Shown piece after piece: positions 21,771 to 34,691 of a stretch of DNA of 47,726 nucleotides. The position numbers and the translations under genes are program-made. Positions within the stretch are counted from its first letter, which is position 1. Every line of letters begins with the position of its first letter. The notes beneath the pieces are model-generated. The model had not been told where the DNA came from, did no database searches, and was given only the letters and a program-made list of their open reading frames with translations. The DNA is from Octopus bimaculoides (Eukaryota), in NCBI RefSeq assembly GCF_001194135.2, contig NC_068987.1:103983562-104031287 (forward strand), in the 5' to 3' direction.

Positions 21771-22964
21771 TTGCACTAGTGTAAATATATATATATATGT
21801 AACATTGGATTATTTGTTTAACATAAATTTTCTTCTCAGGCATGTTTTACATTCTTATAGAACATATGGAGTAATTTGTTAGATAACATATGGTCTAATA
21901 AGCACTTTGATGACATATTTATACACATTAGTGGAACATTCCCATCAAAACTTCTAGGTGCAAACATAACAGAATGACTACCATTGTTTGAGATGTGCAA
22001 GAAAAGTATTTACTGTCACAGAAGCCAGCTGCGTTACTGATGTGAATCTCTTCAAAAATCAAAAAAGATAAAGAATAACCACAGACAACTATTCCACTAC
22101 ATTTAATATAATATTATGTGTAAATATTTTTGAAGGTCTTTGTTTGCAGTATCCAGTTCATTACTTCGTTAAATTTAGTAGCTGTTTCTAAACTGTACTT
22201 CATTATTACTAAGACTATCACAAGTATAGTGAAATTCACAAAAGATCCTGTCCTGTATTTGTTTTTCTGCATCTGATGAACACAAGCTGGCAAAGACAGA
22301 GCCCTTACAACTTCAACAGTCTGACACACATGACTAATTGTAACACCTCATAGCTTTAACTGCCTTCTGGATCTTACATTTACATCTAACTTACTTAACA
22401 TCCACTATATGGTCCCATCAAAAAGCACTGGTTAAGAACTGCTCCTGCAATTGCTGTTCCAAAAAAACAAGTTCTTTTGTTAAAGCTTCTAATACAGAGT
22501 GAAATGGTATTTTATCCAAGCTATTACTTTTGCAGTGATACTTTCATGATATGGTATATCAGCTTGAGTCGCATTTTTCCAGTTGTGGCAGTTGATTACA
22601 AGGCTAATCGATATTCAATGAGCTTCGTTATTCTCAACCTTTAGCATTCTATACTCACTGATAAACTTAAGAAATAATTAGCATTATATGTGCTGTTTGC
22701 ATTCGGCATCTCAGTGACAATTCTTGAAGAATCAGTACCATTCTTTGCATTTCCTTGTAAATGCTTTACTCACCCCCAGCTTGGGCTATGTCTGAGATTA
22801 TACAATATAGTTATTCTTCAATTTAATAACAGATAATACATTCATGGTAAAATTCTTAATTCAAACATCTGAACAACAGAAAAGCTTGGTATCTCTTGTG
22901 AAGTCAAAATTAAACGAAAATCACTCCACTACCCACAGAATAAAGCAAACATTGATAGTCATTT

Positions 22965-23000
22965 TATTTTCAAATAATTTCATACATTTTATTTATTCTT
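22965..23000 (-). terminator. Predicted poly(A) signal block of ZNF-B
   Basis: 36/36 identical to 8789-8824, with overlapping AAUAAA hexamers. Confidence 0.65.
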
Positions 23001-24864
23001 CAGTCTTTGCATTCTATTTGTTATATATATATATATTCTTTTTCTTTGGCATTATATAATTTTGAAGATATTTTCATGAGAAACAAGCTTTCAAAGGATA
23101 AACCTTATATCAATTAATTTTCAAAATACACATTTATTGTTAGCAATTAATGGCAATGAAATTATGATAAATGTATGTATATAATCAAACTAATTATTAC
23201 AGTTAATCCAAAGTAAACTAATTGGAAATGCAACAACACATTTTCGAACATTAATAATTGGACACATGGCTTCATATATTTATATAAAATATAATCAGAA
23301 GTTACACTACATTCATAAAAATTGATCAAGTAAATGGCTACAGAAACACATACAAGCTTAAGTATCACTGATACTATATTGGAGGGTTCAGGATCAAAGT
23401 TTACAAAAATAACCGCTAACTTCTGTCAGCCGAAGAGGGAAAAGTGAAATGGCTGGAATAATGTAACATGAAAATATTTCAAAGGGGTAAAAGACACATT
23501 CACGGAATTTATAATGGATAATTCTTTTAAAACCTCAAGTATTTGTGATGTCAAATGATGAAACTTTGAATTTATTCTATTTAAATTTCATAAAACACTC
23601 AATTTTCCCACTTTTACCATAGATACCACCTATATGAATGTTCATGAACAGTTAATATACTGCTCAGTGAAAATGTTATACTGTGTATATTGCTGTATAG
23701 TTATCAATTCCACGAATAAGTTTGTGGTCAAATCAAGTGTATTCCAAGTAAATTTTTACCACAAATACTACAATGATATGAGAACAATTATAAACACCAT
23801 ACAGCAAATGAGTTCATTCTTGTTACAAGATTACATTTAGTCATCCTTTGAAATTGGGGTAAAAATTTCTATAAGTTCACACAGGTCTGACATTTTTAGG
23901 AACACATTTTCAATCTAAATCAGATTCAGCCCAGCACACTGTCTAGTTTTAATGCGTTATCGTCAAATCTAGACTACTTGATGGATTCATTTTGTACACA
24001 ATATTTATTCCATCTGATATATGCGATCATAACTTTTTTAAGTTAGTAAAACCTTTCCAGATTTAGGCTGTTGCAGACATCAAGCTATGTTCACAGGAAA
24101 AATGTAGGCCAAACAAGAATTCCAGTAAGTTGCAGCTCAGGGTAGGATTGGGTGTAGTGTTTAGAACAAGGAGATCACCATAGGAAATCATTTTAGGGAC
24201 TTTGATGGATTTTACTTATGTGTTGTCCATAACTAGATGAGGTGAAGTACAAGACTGTTACTTTGATTTGTGTTTATATGCTGTTGAAACAGACTAGAGT
24301 GTTATATTCTAATTGATGGACATTTTCAAGAGCCCTGTGCAAAATGGTAAAGCAGGTTTGGCGTAAAATATTTAGGTTGTGCACCAATGTTAATGTATAT
24401 AGAAGTTTCAAGGGTTAGTGTAGAATCATAAGTATAGAGATGACATGGAGACAATCACAATTATAACAGACCAAAAGTATAAGCTCAGGATTGAAGAGAA
24501 CATTATCAGCAAAGGTCTGACAAGAAGTCAATGATAGAGACATAAACTATAGTTGGGGTAATTTAGCTAAAATGTTTTCATGGCAAACATGTTTGAGGAA
24601 TTTGCTGATTTCAAGTACCACAACACTGCTTTCACCAGAGTTCCAAAGAACGAGAACTGGTGAATAATGGAGGAAAGCAAGTGTCTCTAGTTGATCTAGA
24701 TCAAAACAATGAGTTGTCAGAGAAAGTGGTTTACAACTGTTTCCATCCATCAGTTCTCGAGATAGCGGAGAGAGCATTATAAATATAGGTCTGTAGTCAA
24801 TGGGTCCTGAAGTTACCCATTTTCAGCAATGCACACAGCCACATGCTTTCATGGACTGGGAGCT

Positions 24865-24866
<2 letters not shown>

Positions 24867-24902
<36 letters not shown>

Positions 24903-24903
24903 T

Positions 24904-24953
<50 letters not shown>

Positions 24954-24962
24954 GAGAGAGAG
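24867..24962. repeat. Compound (GT)n(GA)n microsatellite
   Basis: Direct reading. Confidence 0.95.
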
Positions 24963-25144
24963 TGAATGGCTTAACAAGGACAGAATAGGTGCTTTGCTTG
25001 AGAGTGATAGAAAGAATAAAGTCAGGACTTGATACTTCAATTGAATCATCAGATATTTGAATGTGAATATTGTGTGAATATGGAAACTGGAAGGAAAATT
25101 GCAGGGAGTTTTGTTTGGCATTATGTGGAGTTATATAAGTGATG

Positions 25145-25317
25145 CACTCTCTGAGTGGTTGGCGTTAGGAAGGGCATCCAGCTGTAGAAACTCTGCCAAA
25201 TCAGATTGGAGCCTGGTGTTGTCATCCGGTTTCACCAGTCCTCAGTCAAATCGTCCAACCCATGGTAGCATGGAAAGCGGACGTTAAACGATGATGATGA
25301 TGATGATGATGATGATG
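25145..25317 (+). mobile_element. RTE-type retroposon 3' tail with (GAT)n, in the predicted ZNF-B 3'UTR
   Basis: About 5 mismatches over about 160 nt against the reverse complement of 28174-28333. Confidence 0.85.
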
Positions 25318-25913
25318 CAAGGAGAAAATATAAAGTTTTTACAACTGATGTGCTGCTTATATAGTTATTTTCCTGAGGATTCTACGAAGTAAGAAGAGAG
25401 TCTCTTGGTAAGAGACCAGAACACTCTGCTGCAGTCTGGGAAGGAAGAGAACGTCCAGGCTATGTTGTGCACAAAGACAACTTTCTGCTTTACTTAGAGC
25501 AATTCCCAAAATGGAGTTGTTGCTGTTGTTGATGGTTTATTCTATGTTTTACAGGCAGTGTTCTTTGTGCAACAAAGCTTTGAGTAAACAATGTGGAGAT
25601 TTTGAACTTCAAGGGAACTGGTTGTATGAAAGATCTGAAGGAATATACCAAAGAGGTCAGTTTCAATCACTCAGAGTTGGGATAGAGGCGGAAAAGAGGA
25701 AGACATGGACTGAAACAGATTTTTTTTATTCAATAATAAAGTTAATACTGGCAAATATTGGCCACATCAAAATTTTTGGTTAACAACATGATTAGTTTAG
25801 CAATGTGCTTCAGCAGAGGTAGTAGTTACAGCTTTAATGTATTGCAAAAAATGGATAGCTATCATGTGTTAACATATATTAATGAGCCAGCTCCAATACT
25901 GTACAGAGTATAA

Positions 25914-27599
25914 TTACTCTATTGCATGAACATGCTGGTGAATACATAAAGTAGATTTGTGTGTGAATTCTTTACCACATTTATCACATTTAAATAATGG
26001 CTCATCTTGTGTGTGAATATATTTATGTTCAGTCAAAGTTATATTATCATAAAATGTCTTACTGCAGATATCACACGTATATAATTTTTCTTTGGTGTGA
26101 ACACGTTTGTGAAGTGTCAAATATTCACTTCGAGAGAAAGCTTTACCACATGTATCACAGTGGTATGGTTTCTCACCTGTGTGAATACGTTTGTGCTTAA
26201 TTATATATCTTTTCTGGGCAAATATTTTACCACAGACATCACATTGGTATGGTTTTATACCAGTGTGAATGTGCTTGTGGATAGTTAAATCTTCACGTGT
26301 AGAGAAATCTTTATCACAGATATCACAGTGATATGAGTTCGACCCTGAGTGAATGTGTTTGTGCCTCACTAAATATCTCTTTTTCAAAAATATTTTACCA
26401 CAGACATCACACTGGTGTACAGTTTCTGTGTGACTAACTTTATGAGTTGCTAAAATCTCCATTGTAGAGAACATTTTACCACAGGTATCACACTGGTAAG
26501 GTTTCTGAATGGTGTGAATACGTTTGTGACGAGTTAAATCTCCGTTTATAGAGAATGCTTTGCCACAGACATCACAGTGATATGGTTTCTCACGTGTGTG
26601 AACAGTTCGATGATTACTTAAATGTGCATTTTGAGAGAATGCTTTATGACAGATTTCACACTGGTATGGTTTCTCGTTTGAATGAATACGTTTATGAGAT
26701 GATAAATTTCCAGTTGTCGAGAAAGTCTTACCACAGATATTACACTCGTATGGCCTCTCACCTGTATGTTTACGCTTATGACACGTTAGATTTGCACTTC
26801 CAGAGAATGCCTTACCACAAACATCACATTCATATGGTTTTTCCCCAGTATGAATACGTGTATGACGCTTCAAGTAATCTTTTCGAGAGAATGTTTTATC
26901 ACAAATATCACAGTGGAAGGGTTTCTCTCCTGTGTGAATAAGTTTATGAGAAGTTAAATACCCACTCTGAGAGAATGTTTTGCCACACACATCACATTCA
27001 TATGGTCTTTCTTTGGTGTGAACACGTTTATGGATAACTAATGGTTTATTTTTGGAAAATGCTTTTCCACAGACATCACATTCAAATGGTTTCTCATTGA
27101 GGTGAGTGCGTTTATGGTTAATTAATGTTTTACTTTTAGCAAATGCTTTACCACAGGTATGGCAACGGTAAGGTTTCTTCTCTGTATGAGTGCGTTTATG
27201 AGACGCCAATTTCCCAAGGGCCTTGAATGTTTTGCCACAGATATCACAGTGGAATGCATTTTCTGCTGTGTGAATACGATTGTGGCGGGTTAAATTGTTT
27301 TTCTGTGAGAATGTTTTCCTACAGATATCACACTGATATGGTTTCTCACCTGTGTGAGTAGACTTATGACGAGTTAATTTTGAACGGACATTGAATATTT
27401 TACCACAGATATCACAGTGATATGGCTTTTTGTCTGTGTGGATATGTTTGTGATTATTCAAACTTTCAATATCAGAGAATATTAGTAAACAGACATCACA
27501 AGTGTATAATTTCTTTGCGACACCTAACTGTGTCTCATCAGCATCTTTTTTCTCAGATTTTATTTCAGTAAGAATCTGATTCTCAGATGTGTCCTCCAT
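25914..27599 (-). CDS. C2H2 multi-zinc-finger protein ZNF-B, 561 aa, 19 fingers
   Basis: Uninterrupted finger array. The track start at 27611 is TTG; the first ATG is 27599 in a strong Kozak context (accATGg). Ends HQHVHAIE, against HQHVHAVE in ZNF-A. Confidence 0.93.
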   Translation of the reverse strand: MEDTSENQILTEIKSEKKDADETQLGVAKKLYTCDVCLLIFSDIESLNNHKHIHTDKKPYHCDICGKIFNVRSKLTRHKSTHTGEKPYQCDICRKTFSQKNNLTRHNRIHTAENAFHCDICGKTFKALGKLASHKRTHTEKKPYRCHTCGKAFAKSKTLINHKRTHLNEKPFECDVCGKAFSKNKPLVIHKRVHTKERPYECDVCGKTFSQSGYLTSHKLIHTGEKPFHCDICDKTFSRKDYLKRHTRIHTGEKPYECDVCGKAFSGSANLTCHKRKHTGERPYECNICGKTFSTTGNLSSHKRIHSNEKPYQCEICHKAFSQNAHLSNHRTVHTREKPYHCDVCGKAFSINGDLTRHKRIHTIQKPYQCDTCGKMFSTMEILATHKVSHTETVHQCDVCGKIFLKKRYLVRHKHIHSGSNSYHCDICDKDFSTREDLTIHKHIHTGIKPYQCDVCGKIFAQKRYIIKHKRIHTGEKPYHCDTCGKAFSRSEYLTLHKRVHTKEKLYTCDICSKTFYDNITLTEHKYIHTQDEPLFKCDKCGKEFTHKSTLCIHQHVHAIE

Positions 27600-27659
27600 G
27601 GTGTTTCTCAAATACGAATGTGATTCCTTTCTTTACATAACATATAAATTACTTGAAGG

Positions 27660-27695
27660 TTATATAAGTGATGTCATAATACACGATAATGTCAT
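27660..27695 (-). other. Upstream ORF MTLSCIMTSLI* in the ZNF-B 5'UTR
   Basis: Same gaagaATGacatt context as ZNF-A; in frame with the CDS; TAA at 27662-27660. Confidence 0.55.
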
Positions 27696-27712
27696 TCTTC
27701 ATTTATGTGGGT

Positions 27713-27745
27713 GAGAAGTTTCCTGAAATGAAACAAAACAGCATA
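27713..27745 (-). promoter_or_regulatory. Splice acceptor of the ZNF-B coding exon (AG at 27724-27723)
   Basis: ctgttttgtttcatttcag|gaaacttctcacc with a pyrimidine tract; conserved with ZNF-A. Confidence 0.7.
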
Positions 27746-28173
27746 AGAAAAGAGAAAGAGTAAAACAAACAATGGTTACTAGAGACAAATAGATTGGAAA
27801 AAAGATAATGTTAAAACAGCAAAATTAAATAATAAAAATTACAGAGATACAATAATACAAACATAAAACTTAATTATAGAAGTGTTTGTAATAATGGTAA
27901 AGCAGGAATTGACAGATTCTAATTTTAGGAAGCCAAAGATGTCGGGTTGTCAGTCTGTACTTGAAGAAGGTTGATTGTGAATAATATGATCTAGGATGAT
28001 AATGGACAACAGACAAGAGATAAAATGTTCAATTATCTTCAAAGAGAAAATACAGGAACACCCTCCAAAATATAGATAACAAATGTAAAGAAGATTCAGA
28101 AACCGAATACCTCTGAACACATCATGAGGCTGGTGTATGTCAATCACAGATAATTCTCATAGAGACATATTCG

Positions 28174-28534
28174 CATCATCATCATCATCGTTTAACGTCC
28201 GCTTTCCATGCTAGCATGGGTTGGACGATTTGACTGAGGACTGGTGAAACCGGATGGCAACACCAGACTCCAATCTAATTTGGCAGAGTTTCTACAGCTG
28301 GATGCCCTTCCTAACGCCAACCACTCTGAGAGTGTAGTGGGTGCTTTTATGTGCCACCCGCACGAAGGCCAGTCAGGTGGTACTGGCAACGGCCACGCTC
28401 GAAATGGTGTCTTTTATGTGCCACCCGCACAGTTCAGGGGCACTGGCAACGATCTCGCTCGAAAATCCTACGAAGGCCAGTCAGGCGGTACTGGCAACGG
28501 TCACGCTCAAAATGGTGCATCTTATGTGCCAGTC
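28174..28534 (-). mobile_element. RTE-type retroposon 3' end with internal approximately 67-nt tandem units
   Basis: (ATC)n tail at 28174; family core sequence; ttttatgtgccacc recurs at 28345 and 28412, with cttatgtgcc at 28521. Confidence 0.85.
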
Positions 28535-29379
28535 AAATAAATATCACTATTGTAAGATACCTTGTCTAGCCATGAACATTTTGTTACAAAATCTTTATGA
28601 CAAGTGCATCATAACTTGCATGCATTGGTCTTAGCTCAAAGATTTGTGTTATACAGAAATATCATGGAGATATGGTTTAAACAGAATGGTCACAGGAAAT
28701 AATGTTAGGATAGTTATTTTCTTTAATGATCCATATTGGGTTCTTCTGGTGTTAAAATAGTTAACCACCATTTGATGAACCTATGAATATGAGGATTATG
28801 AACAAGATATTAAATGTCTTGTATATACTTTACCAAATGTACACACTTTTAAGAGACAAAGTAAACTTTCCTTAACAAGAGGAAGGAACGAATGGAGGAT
28901 TTGGACTCTGTAAGCTGCATCATAGGCAACGCGTCTAATGGAGCAGTAACTGAATAAGAAATGACAAAGAGTAACGGAATACTTTACTCTTGCCACTGAC
29001 CCGTCTAGTGCTGGTGGCTCATTAAAATGCACCCAGCCAAACAATGTAAAATGGCAAGTGATTTAGCTGTGCAAACTAGAACACAAAGTTAGCTTTCATC
29101 TCTGTTACTGAGTGTAAGGAATGACCAATGGCCATAACGAGGGATGAAATATTGCGAGACTCATTCAAGTCAGCAAGAAAAAATGAATTTAGAATTATGG
29201 CAATGATGATGTTGTGTAGTTAGAAATGACACTAATGTGTCTTCTGAGAAAAAGCTTTGTTCAACATTTAGGATAGACAGATGTGAAAAATTATAAAACA
29301 ACCAGTATTCCTCTCTCATGCACTTGACCAGTGCTCTTAATGCTCAGTGTTGAATGACTCCAGTATAACCAACATTCGT

Positions 29380-29764
29380 GGAGGCGCAATGGCCCAGTGG
29401 TTAGGGCACCGGACTCGCGGTCATAGGATCGCGGTTTCGATTCCCAGACTGGGCGTTGTGAGTGTTTATTGAACGAAAACACCTAAAGCTCCACGAGGCT
29501 CCGGCAGGGGATGGTGGCGAACCCTGCTGTACTCTTTCACCACAACTTTCTCTCACTCTTTACTTCCTGTTTCTGTTGTGCCTGTAATTCAAAGGGTCAG
29601 CCTTGTAACACTGTGTCACGTTGAATATCCCCGAGAACTATGTTAAGGGTACACGTGTCTGTGGAGTGCTCAGCCACTTGCACGTTAATTTCACGAGCAG
29701 GCTGTTTCGCTGATCGGATCAACTGGAACCCTCGACGTCGTAAGCGACGGAGTGCCAACAACAA
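29380..29764 (+). mobile_element. tRNA(Arg)-like SINE, apparently full length
   Basis: A box TGGCCCAGTGG at 29390-29400; B-box-like GTTTCGATTCC at 29434-29444; head resembles tRNA-Arg but continues into about 300 nt of non-tRNA body ending in caacaacaa. Confidence 0.75.
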
Positions 29765-29995
29765 GCCAACATTCATAGTGCCTACCCTATACACACACAC
29801 ACACACATACAAAGCAGCCAATTACATCTCAATGACAGACTTGCATAGAACTGGAAAGTTCTGTTCCCTACATAGCTGCTGGTTGCAAAGACATAACTTG
29901 ATGGTCCAGATATATGCCAGTAAAAAAGCATGAAAGTTTGCAGTAATTGAGACAGTGCAAAACCAAAGTAAAACCAAAAGCATAAAGTGCATTAA

Positions 29996-30209
29996 TTCTT
30001 TAGCATTCAGATTACTTTGTTAAATGTAATGCTTGTTTATTCAGTGTTTTGAATTAATCATGCATTATCTCATAGCTCTGAAATTTCAATAATCTGTTTA
30101 CTCTGTAAGTAACATTATATGGTAGGCCTGAGAAGCTGCAAACAACTGATTTGAACATAAAACAGGTAGAATGCTTGGGTAGGACATGGTTGGTTTAAAT
30201 CCAAAAGAG
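29996..30209. mobile_element. piggyBac-like MITE, copy 1
   Basis: TTAA at 29992-29995 and 30210-30213; shares aacataaaacaggtagaat with copy 2. Confidence 0.65.
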
Positions 30210-30220
30210 TTAATGTAATA

Positions 30221-30252
<32 letters not shown>

Positions 30253-30818
30253 CTAGCACTAATCTCACCAATAGGTTACACCTCTTTCTCTGCAAAACCT
30301 ACTTGAGCTCAATTTTCTTCACAAATAGCACCACAAGAAGATTTTAATACAGGCAAAATGTCCTGGTACAGAAACGATAACACCAAGAAGGAAGCCATTA
30401 TTAGGTCTTACAACCTGCCAGAATCAGCAGCCAAATATTCCTCAAATCACACACTGCCTTCTTAAAAAAACATAGACATATCTATTACACTGTATACAAG
30501 GTTGCATGGTTCACAGCTTGAATACTTTTGGACTTAGGTCTTCTCAATCAGAGAATTTAGGGCTAAACAACAATAACATCACTACTAAACTACTTTTCCA
30601 TCACCACCTTAACTGCACTGATTCCTGCTGACACCATCTTTTGCTCCACACATCCAGCTATCACAACTACATGCTAAACAGTCCCTCAACTCTCCTCCAA
30701 CAACTTAGCTTCTCATCATCAGAGCACAATCAAGTATTAATGAACAGAATTATAACAACCGCTTTCAGACAGCTAAAAGCCCAGGGAAACCACTTCATAA
30801 ACACAAAAACTGATTTAA

Positions 30819-31021
30819 CCCTCAAATGTTCAGATTATTTTGTCAAATCTATTGCTCTGAATTGATCATACATTATTGCATAGCTTCAAGATTTCAACGG
30901 TGTGTTTCTATATATTGAGAATGACATTGTAGGGTAGGTGTGAGAGGTTGGATCTGGTCAGTTTTAACATAAAACAGGTAGAATATTTGGGCCGGATATG
31001 GGTGGATTAAATACTAAAGGG
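30819..31021. mobile_element. piggyBac-like MITE, copy 2
   Basis: TTAA-CCCT...AGGG-TTAA ends (TTAA at 30815-30818 and 31022-31025). Confidence 0.75.
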
Positions 31022-31757
31022 TTAAGTTTCACAGAACTCAATGGCAGCTTAATCCTCAACAAAGACACAGCACATCCATTCAACAAAATAACCACAGACA
31101 CCAACCCCATAAACACAGACGTTGAAAGCATGTTCTAATCTTCTAAAGGGGATAGGACAGTCTTTGTTCTACCAATACAAAGAAAACACAAACACTGCTC
31201 ATAAAGAAAATATCACCACACCACAACTCCTTTAATCATGAATTGCAATCACAATAGCTCTTGAAGTCATCCCAAATGTTGAGTCACACCATCATTGAGG
31301 ATCTCACCTAGTATATCTTTAACATAGCTAGGACCATATCTCAATACAAATCCTTCTCATCAGGAACATAAAATACTTTAGCTCTCAACAATTATTGATA
31401 CCCTACAAAGCTTAAGTGAGGCCCACAATGGAGTGGGATCCAGAAAAAGGCCATCAGACTGATTTGTATCAAGTTATAGACACACTCCAGCGTCTAACCC
31501 ACAGATCAGAACTTAAGAGTCATGGATTCCTGCACTTGACTCTAACAACATTCCATGTTGTTTGTGAATGAAACTACAAATGCCTACACAAATCATGTGG
31601 ACTCATGCCAAATGCAGATAATGCTATGTTTATGATACTTTCTCAGACTTGTTCCCGAAATGCTTGATTGCATCCACATGGCAGAAGAGATACCCACAAT
31701 AGACAGTTGGGACATTCACAAGCTCAAAAAGCTGAGCAATATACATTTTGAAATATA

Positions 31758-32571
31758 TGAGGTCTGATCAATAAGTGTCCAGACTGTTGCCATAGTAACA
31801 AAGCTAAAGCAAGCAGAGCGAAGCTGCTTGGCAAAGATTGACCTTGAACTCTGCTGTGCAGGCGCATTAAGTTATAACGTTCTAGTTCACTTCTGTTGTT
31901 TATAGCAATGCTTGAACGGAAGATGTGTAGTGTGTAATCGTTGCATTGACCATGACAAAGCAAGTTGTCAGGGTGGTACCTGCTCAGAGGCCTACGCAAA
32001 GTTGCAGAAAGTGTATGAAGAGGGGTGTATGAGCTGCACACAAGTGTATAAGTGTTTCAGGTGCTTCCAAGATGGTTGAAAAATGTTGATATTGGCGAAT
32101 GTTCTGAGAGACTCGCAACCAGCATAACTGAGTAAAACATCGCAGATGTGCAGATCAGTTCAGTTTATTATGACTGGAGGTTTGGGTATGAGATACAAGT
32201 CTGCCGAGTTTGTGCCAAAACTGCTTTCAGCTGACCAAAATGACACTCGGGTTTCAAGTTGCACAAGATCTCCTTAATTGTATCAAGAAGGATGAAAACT
32301 TTGCATAGGTCTCTGAGCAGTTATCGCCAAGCTTTTAGCAAAATTTAAGGCAAATTCTCTGCTCAACTTCCTGTCACGGTCACTGTGATGATCACATGCT
32401 ACACACTTTTCTTCCAAGCATTGCTGTAAACAGCGGAAGTGAGCTAGAATGTTAAAACTTAGTGCGCATGCACAGCAGAGTTCAAGGTCAATTCGTGCAA
32501 AGTGGCTTTACTCAGTGTGCTTTAGCTTTGTTACTATAGCAACAGTCTGGATACTTATTGATCAAACCACA
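31758..32571. mobile_element. Mariner-derived foldback built from two inverted 5' ends
   Basis: Left arm from 31758 (tgaggtctgatcaataagt) is mirrored by 32297-32571. The interior encodes decayed transposase (EFVPKLLSADQ). Confidence 0.75.
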
Positions 32572-33550
32572 TGCATATGCACACAGACAAACATCACAAT
32601 TTTCCCAAAATTTCAATTTTCATTTTGTAGCAAAACATTTTCAATTATTATAAAATGATGTTTTACTTTCAACTTATATCACTTTCTAACTCATTTTCTT
32701 CAGGAAAATTCGCTGAAAGAAATCTTTGTAGAAAGATGACCATAACGGGTATAATGTCAACTATTTTTGAATACATATTTCTTTATTGTAATTTTTATCA
32801 CTCTTTTCAGCTCAAAAGTAGAGTATCCTAATAGGTGGTCATTTGGTATTCTAGAAATTGCAGCCAGATCGCTCTAGTTTTAGATATGAATGAAAAGCAT
32901 TTTTAATCAGACATGATGGACAGAGGTTTGAATGGAAATGGGGGTCGCAATGATATTTTAAGACCTAAAATATGAGAAGAAAAAAAGATGGGGTGTTCAC
33001 ATTCCATTAGGTATAACACGGAAGATCACTACAATTGTTTCATTTCTTTGAAATAAGGGACCATACAGTATATTTTAAGGCCTGTAGCATACCAAGCAGC
33101 CATGCTAATAAATTCACCTCAGCTTGCAATAGATCTCCTTTGTTATTGTTTGGTTTGGGTTTAAAAGTTCAAAGTGGACTAAACTTTTCATATCCCACCA
33201 AACAGATAACAATGCCTTACGTGGGTGAAAACCTTCTCTAGCCTGGGGTGCTGGTGTTTCTCCTTTCCCTACCCAATGTCTTCAGCACTTGACATTTTTA
33301 TAGAGAACCCATTTCTCGCCGCCAGTCACTATTCGGTCCAAACAAGGTTCATTCGTGAGACATGGCAGCAAAGAAGGGCACACATTCACTCTCTGTGCAC
33401 GATTAGACTCGGAAAGTTTGTGAGGAACCCAATTTGCTGACGTTACCGATGACACACAAGTGTCAATGAATGGTTGAATGACTAAATCCAAGCTTCTCTG
33501 CCAGTTACGATGGGATTTTGTTCCACCAGGGTTTGCAGAACGTCCTGGTT

Positions 33551-34502
33551 GGGCGATCTTTCGATTTAACTGGCAAAAATGCCAAACTAAACAGCTGTTA
33601 AGGTACAGCGTTCGGTAAAATCCGTAAACAATTTATATTTACTTTCGTGGGTGGAAACGTTCATTTTGTTTGAAGTCAGCATAAAGTGAAAGAGAGACGA
33701 AATGGACAGAGACGTGTGTATGTGCTGATGAAGGGTGCGAGCGTGAATTTATTTACTTTTTTTTGTGCATCTTTTTTTAGTGAGTGTGTGATNNNNNNNN
33801 NNNNNNNNNNNNNNNNNNNNNNNNNNNNNNNNNNNNNNNNNNNNNNNNNNNNNNNNNNNNNNNNNNNNNNNNNNNNNNNNNNNNNNNNNNNNNNNNNNNN
33901 NNNNNNNNNNNNNNNNNNNNNNNNNNNNNNNNNNNNNNNNNNNNNNNNNNNNNNNNNNNNNNNNNNNNNNNNNNNNNNNNNNNNNNNNNNNNNNNNNNNN
34001 NNNNNNNNNNNNNNNNNNNNNNNNNNNNNNNNNNNNNNNNNNNNNNNNNNNNNNNNNNNNNNNNNNNNNNNNNNNNNNNNNNNNNNNNNNNNNNNNNNNN
34101 NNNNNNNNNNNNNNNNNNNNNNNNNNNNNNNNNNNNNNNNNNNNNNNNNNNNNNNNNNNNNNNNNNNNNNNNNNNNNNNNNNNNNNNNNNNNNNNNNNNN
34201 NNNNNNNNNNNNNNNNNNNNNNNNNNNNNNNNNNNNNNNNNNNNNNNNNNNNNAAAAATAAAAAATGTACGCTGTCACTCTATCTCTCACACAAACACAC
34301 TTTGTCTCGCACCCTCCACCTATTAACACATACACAACTCCATGTCATTTCGTTTCTTTTTCACTTTATGCTGACTTCAAACGAAATGTACATTTCAACC
34401 CACAAAAATAAATAAATAATTTTTTACGGAATTTACCGAAAGCCGTAAGGTAACAGCTGAGCTGCGCGCGCACGCCTTCGAGTTAAAAATGAAAGATCGC
34501 CC
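33551..34502. mobile_element. Long-TIR non-autonomous element nested in the mariner
   Basis: Both ends start GGGCGATCTTTC; about 240-bp inverted arms flank the N-gap; no TSD recognisable. Confidence 0.6.
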
Positions 34503-34691
34503 CACCGTTGACACTGGCTTACGCTTATTGTCCGATGTCCATATACTGCATTAATATTCCTCGCACTTTCCGTTGCGTTGTTGCCTTTATTGGACTCATA
34601 AAGCAAAATATGCTCCTTTCTCGCTGCCATTATAGCTTTGAAAGAACTATTAAAATCGAACTGCATTCTTCAAAAGTTGCTCTAAAGACAA

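Noticed and set aside
28340-28534. CRISPR-like repeat-spacer appearance
   Set aside because: Eukaryotic context, no unique spacers and no cas genes; these are internal units of an RTE 3'UTR.
29380-29455. Possible true tRNA-Arg gene
   Set aside because: The acceptor and anticodon arms are imperfect, there is no Pol III terminator after the head, and it continues into a SINE body.
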